A stretch of 64,000 nucleotides of DNA from Bdellovibrionota bacterium. GTDB lineage: Bacteria; Bdellovibrionota_C; UBA2361; JBIKWN01. Under the pieces are notes generated by a model that made no database searches, was not told the DNA's origin, and worked only from the letters and a program-made list of their open reading frames with translations. Below, in pieces: positions 19,809 through 29,759 of this stretch. The position numbers and the translations under genes were made by a program. The stretch spans positions 32,001 through 96,000 of the forward strand of contig JBIKWN010000001.1 in NCBI GenBank assembly GCA_044356295.1, in the 5' to 3' direction. Numbering within the stretch: the stretch's first letter is position 1; every line of letters starts with the position of its first letter.

Positions 19809-20576
19809 TCATCTCCCTCGATGAATCATCCGAAACCGAAAAATATCCCGAAACATTCTTATCGAATCAAGAACTAAGTTTACTTTGGAACCAGGGACGT
19901 TTTCCCAGTTGATCGGCACTTCAGCAATCTTCATTTTAAATTTTCTTGCTAAGTATAAAAGCTCAACATCAAAACTAAATCGCTCTGCTGTTTGTAGTGG
20001 GAAAAGTTTTTGCGCAGCTTCAAAAGTAAACATCTTAAAGCCACACTGAGTATCAGTGATACCGGGGAGGATAATAAAATTCACATAATTATTAAAAATT
20101 CTTCCAAGAAGCTTCCGGTACCAAATGGTTTTTATCTGTGTATCACTACTTTTCATTGCACGTGAACCAATTGCAACATCGGCTCCATCTTTAATTGCCG
20201 CTTCCAGTCGTTCTATTTCTGCGATTGGAGTTGCTCCGTCAGCATCTACAAATATTATTCTTGAACCAGTTGCATTCTCTGCTCCGGTTCTTACAGCGTG
20301 TCCCTTACCTCTGTTCTTTGGAAGCCGAATACATTTGACTTCTTGCGGTCGCACTCGTTCAAACTTTCTAACAATCGATGAAGTCTCATCTGTACTTCCA
20401 TCATCAACGACGATGACTTCGTAGTTAATCTCTCGCTTTTCAATGTAATCAATAATGTCGATAAGGGTTGGTGGTAGGCGCCAGCGCTCGTTATAGGCAG
20501 GTATAATTATTGAGAGTTCTATCCCTGTTTTTTGAAGGGGCTGCCCCTTTATCCACTCTTCGACAACATCAGACAT
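19809..20576 (-). CDS. GT2 dolichyl/polyprenyl-phosphate beta-glucosyltransferase-like protein
   Basis: IPAYNE, VDDGSTD, NRGKGHAV, DADGAT, DTQCGFK, FSFDVELL. Confidence 0.9.
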   Translation of the reverse strand: MSDVVEEWIKGQPLQKTGIELSIIIPAYNERWRLPPTLIDIIDYIEKREINYEVIVVDDGSTDETSSIVRKFERVRPQEVKCIRLPKNRGKGHAVRTGAENATGSRIIFVDADGATPIAEIERLEAAIKDGADVAIGSRAMKSSDTQIKTIWYRKLLGRIFNNYVNFIILPGITDTQCGFKMFTFEAAQKLFPLQTAERFSFDVELLYLARKFKMKIAEVPINWENVPGSKVNLVLDSIRMFRDIFRFRMIHRGR

Positions 20577-20707
20577 GTAGTAATTTCAGTATGTTAGGTA
20601 TCTTTTACCGCCCAGAAATTGCTTTCTTAGCCTCTAATGAATTAGAATCATTAAACAATATACATTATAGCGAAACATAAGATCTTCAAGTCAGGGCTTT
20701 ACACACT

Positions 20708-20869
20708 ATGAAACGAACCTACCAACCAAGTAAAAAGAGCAGAAAAACTACTCATGGTTTCAGATCAAGAATGGAAACTAAAGGTGGACAGAAAATATTG
20801 AATGCTCGTCGTGCTAAAGGCAGAAAGAGAGTTTCTGTAACTGCGCCTAAGAAAGGTCACTATAAATAA
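20708..20869 (+). CDS. rpmH: 50S ribosomal protein L34 (53 aa, below ORF-track cutoff)
   Basis: Manual translation [53 protein letters not shown]. Confidence 0.97.
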   Translation: MKRTYQPSKKSRKTTHGFRSRMETKGGQKILNARRAKGRKRVSVTAPKKGHYK

Positions 20870-21194
20870 GCTTAAAAAATCATTTGAGTTCCGTCGCGCC
20901 AAAAACGCCCCTCTCAAACTTCAAAGCTACAATTTATCTCTGCAACTCACTGAAAGTGAGCACGATTCTTGGCGTCTAGGCATTACTGTCTCAACTAAAA
21001 TTGATAAACGTGCTGTCATTAGAAATCGTATCAAAAGAATCCTTAGAGTTGCTTTTCAAAGCCTCCTTCCAAAATTGCAAGGGTCATTTGATATCGTCAT
21101 AATTGCACGTAAGGATTTCTCGGCGATGTCTTCTCAAGATATAGCCAAAGAACTTCAAAAACTCTTGCAAGGAAAATCGCTATTAAAAGCTTAA
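20862..21194 (+). CDS. rnpA: RNase P protein component, non-canonical start (probably ATA 20862, alternatively CTG 20841)
   Basis: Manual translation (I)[11 protein letters not shown]...[26 protein letters not shown]...FDIVIIARK contains the RNR motif and sits between rpmH and yidD. It is absent from the ORF track because no ATG/GTG/TTG precedes the conserved region. Confidence 0.93.
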   Translation: MNKLKKSFEFRRAKNAPLKLQSYNLSLQLTESEHDSWRLGITVSTKIDKRAVIRNRIKRILRVAFQSLLPKLQGSFDIVIIARKDFSAMSSQDIAKELQKLLQGKSLLKA

Positions 21195-21214
21195 ATTCGC
21201 TTCTTTCACTTATC

Positions 21215-21427
21215 GTGATAAGCCTCATTAAAGGGTATAAATACTTTGTCAGTCCGCTCTTTGGACAACACTGTAGATTTCATCCGACGTGTAGTGAATA
21301 TGCGATTGATGCGATAAAACACTTTGGAATTTTTAAAGGATTATTCTTAGCAATAATACGAGTTATACGGTGCAATCCCTGGAGCACTGGTGGCATCGAT
21401 CCTCATCACCTACATACAAAGAAATAA
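21215..21427 (+). CDS. yidD: Membrane protein insertion efficiency factor YidD
   Basis: SPLFGQHCRFHPTCSEYA..AI...G..KG......RCNPW..GG.DP. Confidence 0.95.
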   Translation: MISLIKGYKYFVSPLFGQHCRFHPTCSEYAIDAIKHFGIFKGLFLAIIRVIRCNPWSTGGIDPHHLHTKK

Positions 21428-21458
21428 AACTTAGACTGAATTTTGAGAAGAAAAAACT

Positions 21459-23165
21459 ATGGAAGATAGAAAAAACTTATTTGTAATCGTTTTCATCCTG
21501 TTCTTTGTAATGATGTATGTCCAGGTAATGTTTCCTACACCTGCACCGTTGGCTCCTGCTGTATCTAATACGACAACAGCACAAGTTCAAAATTCAGGTC
21601 AAGCTATTGCACCAAGCACCACAACGCAAACAATAACTCAAGTTTCCAACACATTTCACAACGACACTGTTCCAAGCTTAAAACAACTTGATGAAAGTCC
21701 TCAAACGTTTATCAATACTGGTATTGCTTTGATTGGTATTAACCACCTCGGGGGGAGAGTCCAGTCAATAAGTTTAAAAAAATATACTGAAAAAGTAGGG
21801 AGTACTGAACCGCTTCAACTAATTTCTAAAGCGGAAGGATCTGCTCTGCCACTGGGAATTATTGCTGATGGTGCAACTGATGATTTTACCCTGTACCAAC
21901 TCGATCAAACGAAACTGCCACAGATGGAAGGGCAGTATTATGTCATCAAAGAAGGAGAGCCCGCAGAATTTACTTTCACTGGTGAATTACCAAGCGGATT
22001 AAAGGTTCAGAAAAAACTTACATTCACGGCTGGATCGTACGTAATAAAGACTGATATTAGCTTTGATAGATTAACTGGCGGCAGTGTTCCGATGCTCCTT
22101 CAATGGACACGACCAACAACTGCTGAGCAAGTAACAACTGAAGGACTGACTAGACTTTTCAGCCATCTATCGACTGAAGATAAACTTTTATCAACACCAT
22201 TTGCTTCACAAAAAGATGCCAAGACATCGAACGAATCATCAAAATGGATTTCAATCTGTGATTTTTATTTTATCGAGGCTTTAATAAATCCAAACAACCC
22301 TGCTCCGGTTTCACAAGGAAAAGTAGGGGATACTTTTTTCATGCAATCGAGTGGGAACTCACAAGGTGGATCGTTCCAAATCTATGTTGGTCCTAAGGAT
22401 GTTGATATTTTACGTGGTGTCGGGTTCTCGCTTGAAAGAAGTATCGACCTAGGAATGTTTTCGTTTCTAGCTCACCCAATATTAGCACTGATGAAATTCT
22501 TTTATTCATTTATTGGAAACTATGGGCTCAGTATTATTCTTTTAACACTTTTAATTAAACTTGGATTTCTGCCCCTAACTCAATCAAGTTTTAAATCAAT
22601 GAAGGCAATGCAAGATCTACAACCTGAAATTGCAGCCCTTCGTGAAAGAGTTACCGATCCAAATATTTTGAACCAAGAATTAATGACCCTTTACAAAAAA
22701 AGAGGGGTTAATCCTCTTGGTGGTTGCTTTCCAATGCTTATTCAAATTCCAGTTTTTTTAGGTCTTTATAACGCATTACTGAATTCAATTGATTTAAGAC
22801 ATGAGCCGTTTGCGTTATGGATTAATGACCTGGCAACACCAGAGAGCCTACAACTTTTTGGTATCGGTATTCCGCTGATGATTATTCTTATGGGTGCTAG
22901 CATGTTCGTTCAACAACTCACACAACCATCCACAATGGATCCTCAACAGAAAAAAATTATGCTGTTTATGCCCGTTATTTTTACAGGGATGTTTATTCTG
23001 CATCCAATGCCTTCAGGACTTGTTCTGTATTGGCTTACAAATAACTTAATTAGCATTGTTCAGCAGTATTCAATTCGTGAGGATCGAAGAATTACTCCTA
23101 TTCAAGCTACTGCATATGCAAGCCTTGTAATTTTTTCATTTGGATTCATCCTGACGAAGCTTTAA
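21459..23165 (+). CDS. yidC: Membrane protein insertase YidC
   Basis: N-terminal TM plus periplasmic domain, GNYGLSIILLT, NPLGGCFPMLIQIP, LWINDL, PSGLVLYW. Confidence 0.97.
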   Translation: MEDRKNLFVIVFILFFVMMYVQVMFPTPAPLAPAVSNTTTAQVQNSGQAIAPSTTTQTITQVSNTFHNDTVPSLKQLDESPQTFINTGIALIGINHLGGRVQSISLKKYTEKVGSTEPLQLISKAEGSALPLGIIADGATDDFTLYQLDQTKLPQMEGQYYVIKEGEPAEFTFTGELPSGLKVQKKLTFTAGSYVIKTDISFDRLTGGSVPMLLQWTRPTTAEQVTTEGLTRLFSHLSTEDKLLSTPFASQKDAKTSNESSKWISICDFYFIEALINPNNPAPVSQGKVGDTFFMQSSGNSQGGSFQIYVGPKDVDILRGVGFSLERSIDLGMFSFLAHPILALMKFFYSFIGNYGLSIILLTLLIKLGFLPLTQSSFKSMKAMQDLQPEIAALRERVTDPNILNQELMTLYKKRGVNPLGGCFPMLIQIPVFLGLYNALLNSIDLRHEPFALWINDLATPESLQLFGIGIPLMIILMGASMFVQQLTQPSTMDPQQKKIMLFMPVIFTGMFILHPMPSGLVLYWLTNNLISIVQQYSIREDRRITPIQATAYASLVIFSFGFILTKL

Positions 23166-23174
23166 AATTTACAT

Positions 23175-24554
23175 ATGTCACATACAACTACTACGATTGC
23201 AGCCCTTGCAACGGCTCCTCAGCCTGCAGGAATTGCAGTTGTGCGCGTCAGTGGTTCGCGTGCTCATTCAGCAGTACACGCTGTCTTTAAAGGTAAAAAA
23301 GACCCTACAAATAGGCCTCGAGAGATGGTCTATGGTGTGATGCTCGATTTTGAAACACATGAAGAGATTGATAAAGCACTTTGCGTCTTTATGCCTGGTC
23401 CACATTCCTTTACCGGTGAAGATATTGCTGAGTTTCAATTTCATGGAAGTCCCCTCATTGTTGAAAAAGTCCTCAGATCCCTTTTTTCATGTGGAATGAC
23501 TCCGGCAGAGCCCGGTGAGTTTACTAAACGGGCTTTTTTGCATGGAAAACTTGATCTACTGCAAGCTGAAGCCATTGCAGATGTTATTAATGCAACAAGC
23601 GACCGGGCACTGACCGTTGCAAGTGAGCAACTGAGTGGTCACTTAAGTCAAACAATAGAAACTCTCGGTGAACCGTTAAAAAATATTCTTGCTGAACTTG
23701 AAGCGCATATAGATTTTCCTGAGGAAGATATTGAACCAAGTTCTCTTCTGAGAATGAGGAGTGACATTGCTGCAACGAAAGAGGAGATCTCTGGATTACT
23801 TTCTACTTTTAGATACGGACAAACGGTTAAAGATGGTTTTCGAGTGCTGCTTTGCGGCAGACCAAACGTAGGGAAATCTAGTCTTTTAAATCTTTTACTT
23901 GAAAAAGAACGAGCAATTGTTACCCCAATTCACGGAACGACCCGAGACATTATTGAAGAAAGTTGCAATCTAGGAGGTTACACATTCATTTTTTGTGACT
24001 CTGCCGGTATCAGAGAAACTGATGATGAGGTCGAAAAAATTGGTGTTTCTCTAACGAAAGGCAAGATTGATTGGGCTGACCTTATTTTATTTATTACCGA
24101 TGCAACCGACCAGTCTGGCGAATGGAAAGAGGTCATAGAAGAATTTAGGGGTCGAGGAAAACCAGTGTGGATGGTCACCAATAAGATAGATCTCAATCCA
24201 AAAGCAGTAGGAGAATTTTTCTGTGAATCAGGTATCTGCCAGCAAAATATTTACCTGTCTGCAAAAACTAAAAATGGGTTCTCTAATCTTATTAAAGAGC
24301 TTATTGAAGCTGTTAAAAATACTGCCCATACAAGTGCTGAAAGCTCTTTAGTTATTACAAATGAACGTCAGCGAAACTGCCTTTATCAGGCTGAACAGTC
24401 TCTTGCGAGAATTGAAAAAGATAAAAATCTTCCTTTAGAGATAATGAGCGAAGATGTACGCACCGCTCTTGGAGCGCTCTCTGAATTAGTTGGAAAAACT
24501 ACTACCGAAGATATCCTAGGTAGGATATTTTCGAAGTTTTGTATTGGCAAATAG
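23175..24554 (+). CDS. mnmE: tRNA modification GTPase MnmE
   Basis: SFTGED, AEPGEFTKRAF, GRPNVGKSS, GTTRD, NKID, terminal FCIGK. Confidence 0.98.
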   Translation: MSHTTTTIAALATAPQPAGIAVVRVSGSRAHSAVHAVFKGKKDPTNRPREMVYGVMLDFETHEEIDKALCVFMPGPHSFTGEDIAEFQFHGSPLIVEKVLRSLFSCGMTPAEPGEFTKRAFLHGKLDLLQAEAIADVINATSDRALTVASEQLSGHLSQTIETLGEPLKNILAELEAHIDFPEEDIEPSSLLRMRSDIAATKEEISGLLSTFRYGQTVKDGFRVLLCGRPNVGKSSLLNLLLEKERAIVTPIHGTTRDIIEESCNLGGYTFIFCDSAGIRETDDEVEKIGVSLTKGKIDWADLILFITDATDQSGEWKEVIEEFRGRGKPVWMVTNKIDLNPKAVGEFFCESGICQQNIYLSAKTKNGFSNLIKELIEAVKNTAHTSAESSLVITNERQRNCLYQAEQSLARIEKDKNLPLEIMSEDVRTALGALSELVGKTTTEDILGRIFSKFCIGK

Positions 24555-25458
24555 TATTCGTACACCACAGTTTGCAGGGAGGGTCTATCACTCTGACCCA
24601 GCCGTCTTGAAATCAGACGTGATGGAGATACTTGCTCTAGAGCCACTGCAATCGATTCCAAATCCTAAAAATCTAAAACTACTTAAAGTACCTCATATTG
24701 ATTATTTTCGTGGTCACAGAAGTTACGGTAAAGGATATCAATTACTTCAAAATTCAGAGTTAGAAGTAATTTTTTTAATGGGCACCTCTCATCAGCTAGG
24801 CGATTCATTATTTATTGGCACAAAAAACTTATACTCGACACCTCTTGGTATTCAACAAAACGCTGATGATATTATAGAGAAATTGATAGATCTTTATGGT
24901 ACGCGCTTTCTAGAAGAAGCCTCTCTCCATACTCACGAACATTCACTTGAACTTCAAATGCCTTTCATTACAACGATTCTTCCAAATGCCAAAATAGTTC
25001 CGATTCTTGTAGGAAGTCTTTATCCTTTTTACAACATAGAACGATCTCATTTCGAACCATATGAAAAATTTATTAAATCGATGGTTGAAATCATTTCCGA
25101 TCTTGAAAAAAAGAATATTCGTTACGGATTTATTGCAGGTGTTGATATGGCACACGTTGGTCAAGCTTTTGGAGATACAGCAAAGACAACCAAAGAAAGA
25201 CTTGAGCAAGTGCAAAAACTCGATGAACAATATCTAAACTACATTATTGAAAATGATCCTGACAAACTCTTCTTGCACTGCGTAAAGGATAATGATGCTC
25301 AAAGAATCTGTGGACACTCCACAATGATGACAATTTCAGATATTTTAAAAAGACAAAAACAAGTAACAAGTTATTGCTTTGCATCTTATGAACAGTGCTT
25401 TAGTGAACAAAATGATTGCTTGGTAAGCATAGCAAGCCTTGGTATTTATTCGAAATGA
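24544..25458 (+). CDS. amrB: AmmeMemoRadiSam system protein B (MEMO1 family)
   Basis: RTPQFAG, PHIDY, GTSH, EHSLELQMPF, DMAHVG..FGD, RICG. Confidence 0.88.
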   Translation: MANSIRTPQFAGRVYHSDPAVLKSDVMEILALEPLQSIPNPKNLKLLKVPHIDYFRGHRSYGKGYQLLQNSELEVIFLMGTSHQLGDSLFIGTKNLYSTPLGIQQNADDIIEKLIDLYGTRFLEEASLHTHEHSLELQMPFITTILPNAKIVPILVGSLYPFYNIERSHFEPYEKFIKSMVEIISDLEKKNIRYGFIAGVDMAHVGQAFGDTAKTTKERLEQVQKLDEQYLNYIIENDPDKLFLHCVKDNDAQRICGHSTMMTISDILKRQKQVTSYCFASYEQCFSEQNDCLVSIASLGIYSK

Positions 25459-26525
25459 GCATCTATATTCGGAAATACTTACAAAGTAATTCTACTCAGA
25501 AAAATCAAAAATCATCTATACGATATTCAGTTAAAGATATCTTCTTTGTAAAAGACTCCCCTTGCAGCTTTGGTATCAAACCAGAATATATTGCATGCGC
25601 AAAATCTTCGAGCATACTTATTGGAACTCTCAATAAACATTTTACTCTAATAGGTTCAGTAAATCTGTCACCGCTGTGCCTAGACAGTACTGCTAAAAAC
25701 CCATTTTTTGGAGATGGGCACGTTGCAGAAGTTGTAGATGAGGGAAAAGTTTTATACGGATCATCATTTGGTTCTGCTTTATCTGTTGCTACTAAAAATC
25801 TTGAAGATAAAGTTGATTTTAGTATCGGTTCCGATTCTGGTGGAAGTATTCGTGCTCCTGCTGCAGGACTTGGACTGTACGCCATACGCTTAAAAAGTAA
25901 TGTCGTATCTAAAGAGAATTCACTTCTACTAAAAACAAATCTTGATTCAGTTGGCGTTATTTCTGATAAGAAAAGTACACTCAGAGAGGTTGTAAGAATA
26001 TTAACTCCACAGATCCCATATACACGCTCTCGGTCTATCTATATCCCTCATAATGATGAATTAACTCAACTTTCGAATGAGCACTATGATTATTTTTTCA
26101 AGCTCATTGAATTCATTTCCAAAACATATGAAATTAAAGTTTGTTCCCAAGAATTTTTTAAGAACTTTTTTAACGAAAGAAAAAAAATACTACAGAACGA
26201 ATTAAGAAATTTACTTTTTCAGGACGAACTGCAAGAAGCAATTGAAGCGATACCTCAAGCTAAAGCACTACAAGTATCACTTGCCCAAACACAGTCCCTT
26301 GAATATGTGCAACAAGATTTTATATTCGATCAAAATGCTATGCTTCTCCACCCCACAATTTCTTCTAAAGACCCAATAAACTTCTATCTTCCTGCAGCTA
26401 ATGTTTTAGATTTATTCTCAGCATCTTTTTTCCTCGAAAAAGACACGTTATTTTCTTTATGTATTAGTGGACATAACGACACTGAGCTGCTTGATTTCAT
26501 TGACGAAATTCAGAAGAGCCAGTAA
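25455..26525 (+). CDS. Amidase-signature family protein, compact and divergent
   Basis: SVKDIF (Lys), YGSSFGSA (cis-Ser) and GSDSGGSIRAPAA (nucleophile Ser). ATG 25455 overlaps the previous stop (ATGA). Confidence 0.78.
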   Translation: MSIYIRKYLQSNSTQKNQKSSIRYSVKDIFFVKDSPCSFGIKPEYIACAKSSSILIGTLNKHFTLIGSVNLSPLCLDSTAKNPFFGDGHVAEVVDEGKVLYGSSFGSALSVATKNLEDKVDFSIGSDSGGSIRAPAAGLGLYAIRLKSNVVSKENSLLLKTNLDSVGVISDKKSTLREVVRILTPQIPYTRSRSIYIPHNDELTQLSNEHYDYFFKLIEFISKTYEIKVCSQEFFKNFFNERKKILQNELRNLLFQDELQEAIEAIPQAKALQVSLAQTQSLEYVQQDFIFDQNAMLLHPTISSKDPINFYLPAANVLDLFSASFFLEKDTLFSLCISGHNDTELLDFIDEIQKSQ

Positions 26526-26691
26526 TAAATAAAAATTCACTAGATACTTTCTAAGAAGATTTCGTAGAACGCCGTACAAGAATTTTTGTATTTTGAATCT
26601 CAGCACAAATTGCTTACAATTTCATGAATCAATCTTCAAGCCCCCGCTGATATGTGTGTATTAACATCTCGTAATTAATAAAAGGGATTAC

Positions 26692-27009
26692 ATGGAAAAT
26701 AAAGAAAACTTCTTCGAAAAATTTGGTCTTGAAGTAACCTCTGGTGACGTTGAGATTGGTCAAACATATCCAATCTACGGGATGATAACAAAAGTTTTGA
26801 GCGAAGCTCCTGGTGCAGTAATTGTTGAGATAAACTTCTCAATTAAAGCAACAATGACAGTGCCTGATGCTGTTAAAATTGAGCTACTTAAAGAAAGAGC
26901 TTTTGAACCTGGAATTTTCGTCTCAACAGTAACATCAAAAGATGATGCTGGATTAAACGTAGATTGCTCAACAGTCGTATTCGGAAAAAGACAGGACTAC
27001 GCAGCATAA
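26692..27009 (+). CDS. Hypothetical protein
   Basis: 105-aa ORF with AAGGGA SD and its own terminator; no recognised family. Confidence 0.75.
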   Translation: MENKENFFEKFGLEVTSGDVEIGQTYPIYGMITKVLSEAPGAVIVEINFSIKATMTVPDAVKIELLKERAFEPGIFVSTVTSKDDAGLNVDCSTVVFGKRQDYAA

Positions 27010-27049
27010 TAATACAGATTTTCTCTCTTGTACTCTCTATTCTCTCTCG

Positions 27050-27074
27050 AGGACACCTAAAAAGTGTCCTTTTT
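27050..27074 (+). terminator. Rho-independent terminator
   Basis: AGGACAC-ctaaaaa-GTGTCCT followed by TTTT. Confidence 0.65.
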
Positions 27075-27130
27075 CATTTTTTGTTCAGCATTGCACATAT
27101 CCTTATCATCTTCTAAACTTTCGACTTCTT

Positions 27131-27751
27131 ATGAATGATTCAGGGCTAAAAAAACTTTGGCAAGAAGCGGTATCTTTTGTTGTAACAGTAGGGCTCCTTC
27201 TTGGTTTAGCATTTTTAATAATTCGCCCGACTTTTATCGAGCCATTTCAAATTCCATCTTCTTCGATGGTTCCGACACTACAAATTACAGACAGGATTTT
27301 GGTCAATAAACTTGCCTACGGATTTCGTATCGCTTTTATGACCAATACACTCTTTGATTGGAAAATGCCCTCACGTGGAGACGTTGTTGTTTTTACCCGT
27401 CCAGATGAAGAATCTACCTCTCAAAATGAAGATGAAACAAATTTCATTAAACGAGTTATTGGACTTCCTGGTGATAAGGTTGAAGTCCGCGGCACTGAGC
27501 TCTATGTAAACGATGCTCTACAATCTGAAAACTACGCAAGATACAGTCGAGGTGGCATTGAAGTTGGAGACTTTGGCCCTGATATTGTCCCAGAAGGTCA
27601 TATATTCCTGCTTGGAGACAATCGAGATGATTCAAAAGACTCCCGATTTTGGGAACAGCACTATCTTGATGTCAGACGCGTTAAAGGAAGGGCTTTTATC
27701 GTCTATTGGTCGTGGGCTGGATTTGATCGACTAGGAACAATTATACGATAA
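27131..27751 (+). CDS. lepB: Signal peptidase I
   Basis: IPSSSMVPTL (catalytic Ser), FIKRVIGLPGD (catalytic Lys), GDNRDDSKDSRFW. Confidence 0.96.
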   Translation: MNDSGLKKLWQEAVSFVVTVGLLLGLAFLIIRPTFIEPFQIPSSSMVPTLQITDRILVNKLAYGFRIAFMTNTLFDWKMPSRGDVVVFTRPDEESTSQNEDETNFIKRVIGLPGDKVEVRGTELYVNDALQSENYARYSRGGIEVGDFGPDIVPEGHIFLLGDNRDDSKDSRFWEQHYLDVRRVKGRAFIVYWSWAGFDRLGTIIR

Positions 27752-27804
27752 TCTTCTTAAGTGAAGTCCAATAATTGGGTCTTCATTCATGAAAGCCTCC
27801 TATC

Positions 27805-28674
27805 GTGAAATACTACTATATCTCTACAGCAATTATTCTTGAAGTAAGTGGGAAAGATTCTCCAAGATACTTACAATCTCGCCTAACGAATAATATCAAA
27901 AGTTTATCAGTTAACAGCAGCTGCCCCGCAGCTCAAATTACTCCCCAAGGAAAAACTCAAGGTATTTTTACAGTTTATAAAGTAGAAGAAACAAGATTTA
28001 TTCTTGTTTGTAACAGAGGAAACCCTGATGAAGTAATATCAGCATTTAAAAAATATATAGTTGCAGACCGAGTCACTGTTGAAAATATAACAGAGAAGGG
28101 TGCAAAGGTTTTTTGTGTATCAAAGACTTTGTCAGTTCCACTAACAGATTCTTTATTATCAACGACAAATAATAGTAATGATTTCAGAGTTATCATTACT
28201 TTAAATTCTGAGTCAGAGAATCAATTATTAGATATTTTTGACAAAAATAACGTCAGATTAATGTCAGAAGATGAATACGATTATTTAGAATTTACTGCAG
28301 GCATCCCACGATTTGGCAAAGAGCTAACAGATCAAGTCCTTTTTAGCGAAAGCGGCTACGACGATGCAATTGCAGCTAATAAAGGATGTTATGTTGGTCA
28401 AGAAGTAGTTGAAAAGATTGAAAGCTTTGGAAAAACTCCAAAAATATTCAAAAGACTTATTACCGACAATTCTTCAGAGTTGCAAGAAGCTATCCCCGAA
28501 CAAACAAGCATATTATTAGACGGCACTGAAATAGGGCGTGTTGTCTCTGCTCACTATGATAAAAATTCAAATCATCATTTAGTTTTTGTTCGTATAAAAA
28601 ACGATGAAAGAATAGATATGAGTAACGTTATAATTGCTGGAAATAAGGTGCTTGATAATGTTGATACAAATTGA
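27805..28674 (+). CDS. ygfZ: Folate-binding Fe-S cluster repair protein YgfZ
   Basis: SGKD..YLQ..LTN, TPQGK, KGCYVGQE signature. Confidence 0.9.
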   Translation: MKYYYISTAIILEVSGKDSPRYLQSRLTNNIKSLSVNSSCPAAQITPQGKTQGIFTVYKVEETRFILVCNRGNPDEVISAFKKYIVADRVTVENITEKGAKVFCVSKTLSVPLTDSLLSTTNNSNDFRVIITLNSESENQLLDIFDKNNVRLMSEDEYDYLEFTAGIPRFGKELTDQVLFSESGYDDAIAANKGCYVGQEVVEKIESFGKTPKIFKRLITDNSSELQEAIPEQTSILLDGTEIGRVVSAHYDKNSNHHLVFVRIKNDERIDMSNVIIAGNKVLDNVDTN

Positions 28675-29347
28675 AGAATATCAAAAATCATTTATTAGGT
28701 TTCTCTTACAAGAGAAAGCTCTGCTCTTTGGGGAATTTAAAATCAAAAGTGGCAGACTGTCTCCGTACTTTTTAAACTTCGGAAAACTTCATTCAGGAAG
28801 CGCATTAGTTGAGCTTGGTAATACCTATGCAGCTGCAATGAAGCACCACCTGCCAGAACTTCCTTCAATAGTATTTGGGCCGTCATATAAAGGCATACCG
28901 CTCTCTGTAGCAACGACATCTGCTCTTTATAAAAATTATCAACATAACGCCGACTACTGCTTCGATCGGAAAGAAGCAAAAACGGCCGGAGAGGGCGGAA
29001 TGCTTGTTGGAAAAGTTCCAACTCAAGGGGATACCGTAGCTCTGGTTGAAGACGTTATTACTGCGGGAACAACAATCAAGAAAATCGTTCCAATACTTTT
29101 AAATGAATTAAAAGTAACATTACTAGGAATCTGTATTGCTGTTGATCGATGTGAAGTAGGGGAAGGAACTATTTCTGCAAAACAAGAAATGGAGAATCTA
29201 TTTAAAATTCCCATACACCCACTTGTTTCTATACACCATATCATTTCATATTTGTCAGGATCAGAGGCAGGTGAATATGCTTTAGGCATTGAACAGCAAG
29301 AAGCAATTAAGAATTATCTTTCTCAATACGGTGCAAAGGAATCATGA
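28658..29347 (+). CDS. pyrE: Orotate phosphoribosyltransferase
   Basis: FGEFKIKSGRLSPYF, FGPSYKGIPL, DRKEAK..GEGG, VEDVITAG; ATG 28658 preferred. Confidence 0.96.
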   Translation: MLIQIEEYQKSFIRFLLQEKALLFGEFKIKSGRLSPYFLNFGKLHSGSALVELGNTYAAAMKHHLPELPSIVFGPSYKGIPLSVATTSALYKNYQHNADYCFDRKEAKTAGEGGMLVGKVPTQGDTVALVEDVITAGTTIKKIVPILLNELKVTLLGICIAVDRCEVGEGTISAKQEMENLFKIPIHPLVSIHHIISYLSGSEAGEYALGIEQQEAIKNYLSQYGAKES

Positions 29348-29736
29348 AAAATAAGCGATTCAATCTATCCGTGCTTTTTTTAATAGCACTATCTTCGTCT
29401 ACTTTCTTATATGCCGATGAGCAGATAATTGAATCAAACGCTCAGTCTATTTTTACTTCCGTGATGAGCCCCTACTGTCCAGGAAAACTTTTATCAGATT
29501 GTCCAAGTGCTAAAGCAAGTGAATTAAAAAAAACAATTCGCGAGGAATTATCTAAGGGACTTAGTAAAGAAGAAGTTATCACCAAATTAAATGATGATTA
29601 TGGTGAAGAAACCCTTAAAGCAGTTCCAGATAGTTCTGGATTTGGAATGCTTGCTTGGTTGGTGCCGATATTATTTTTGATTAGCGGACTAGGTCTTGGT
29701 ATAAAATTCCTGACTAAACTTACCAAGAAAAAATAG
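29344..29736 (+). CDS. ccmH: Cytochrome c biogenesis protein CcmH/NrfF-like
   Basis: Signal peptide, MSPYCPGKLLSDC, G.S.EEV......YGE..L..P..G...LAWLVP, C-terminal TM. Confidence 0.8.
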   Translation: MKNKRFNLSVLFLIALSSSTFLYADEQIIESNAQSIFTSVMSPYCPGKLLSDCPSAKASELKKTIREELSKGLSKEEVITKLNDDYGEETLKAVPDSSGFGMLAWLVPILFLISGLGLGIKFLTKLTKKK

Positions 29737-29759
29737 TTAACCTCACCAGCGAGCTATCT

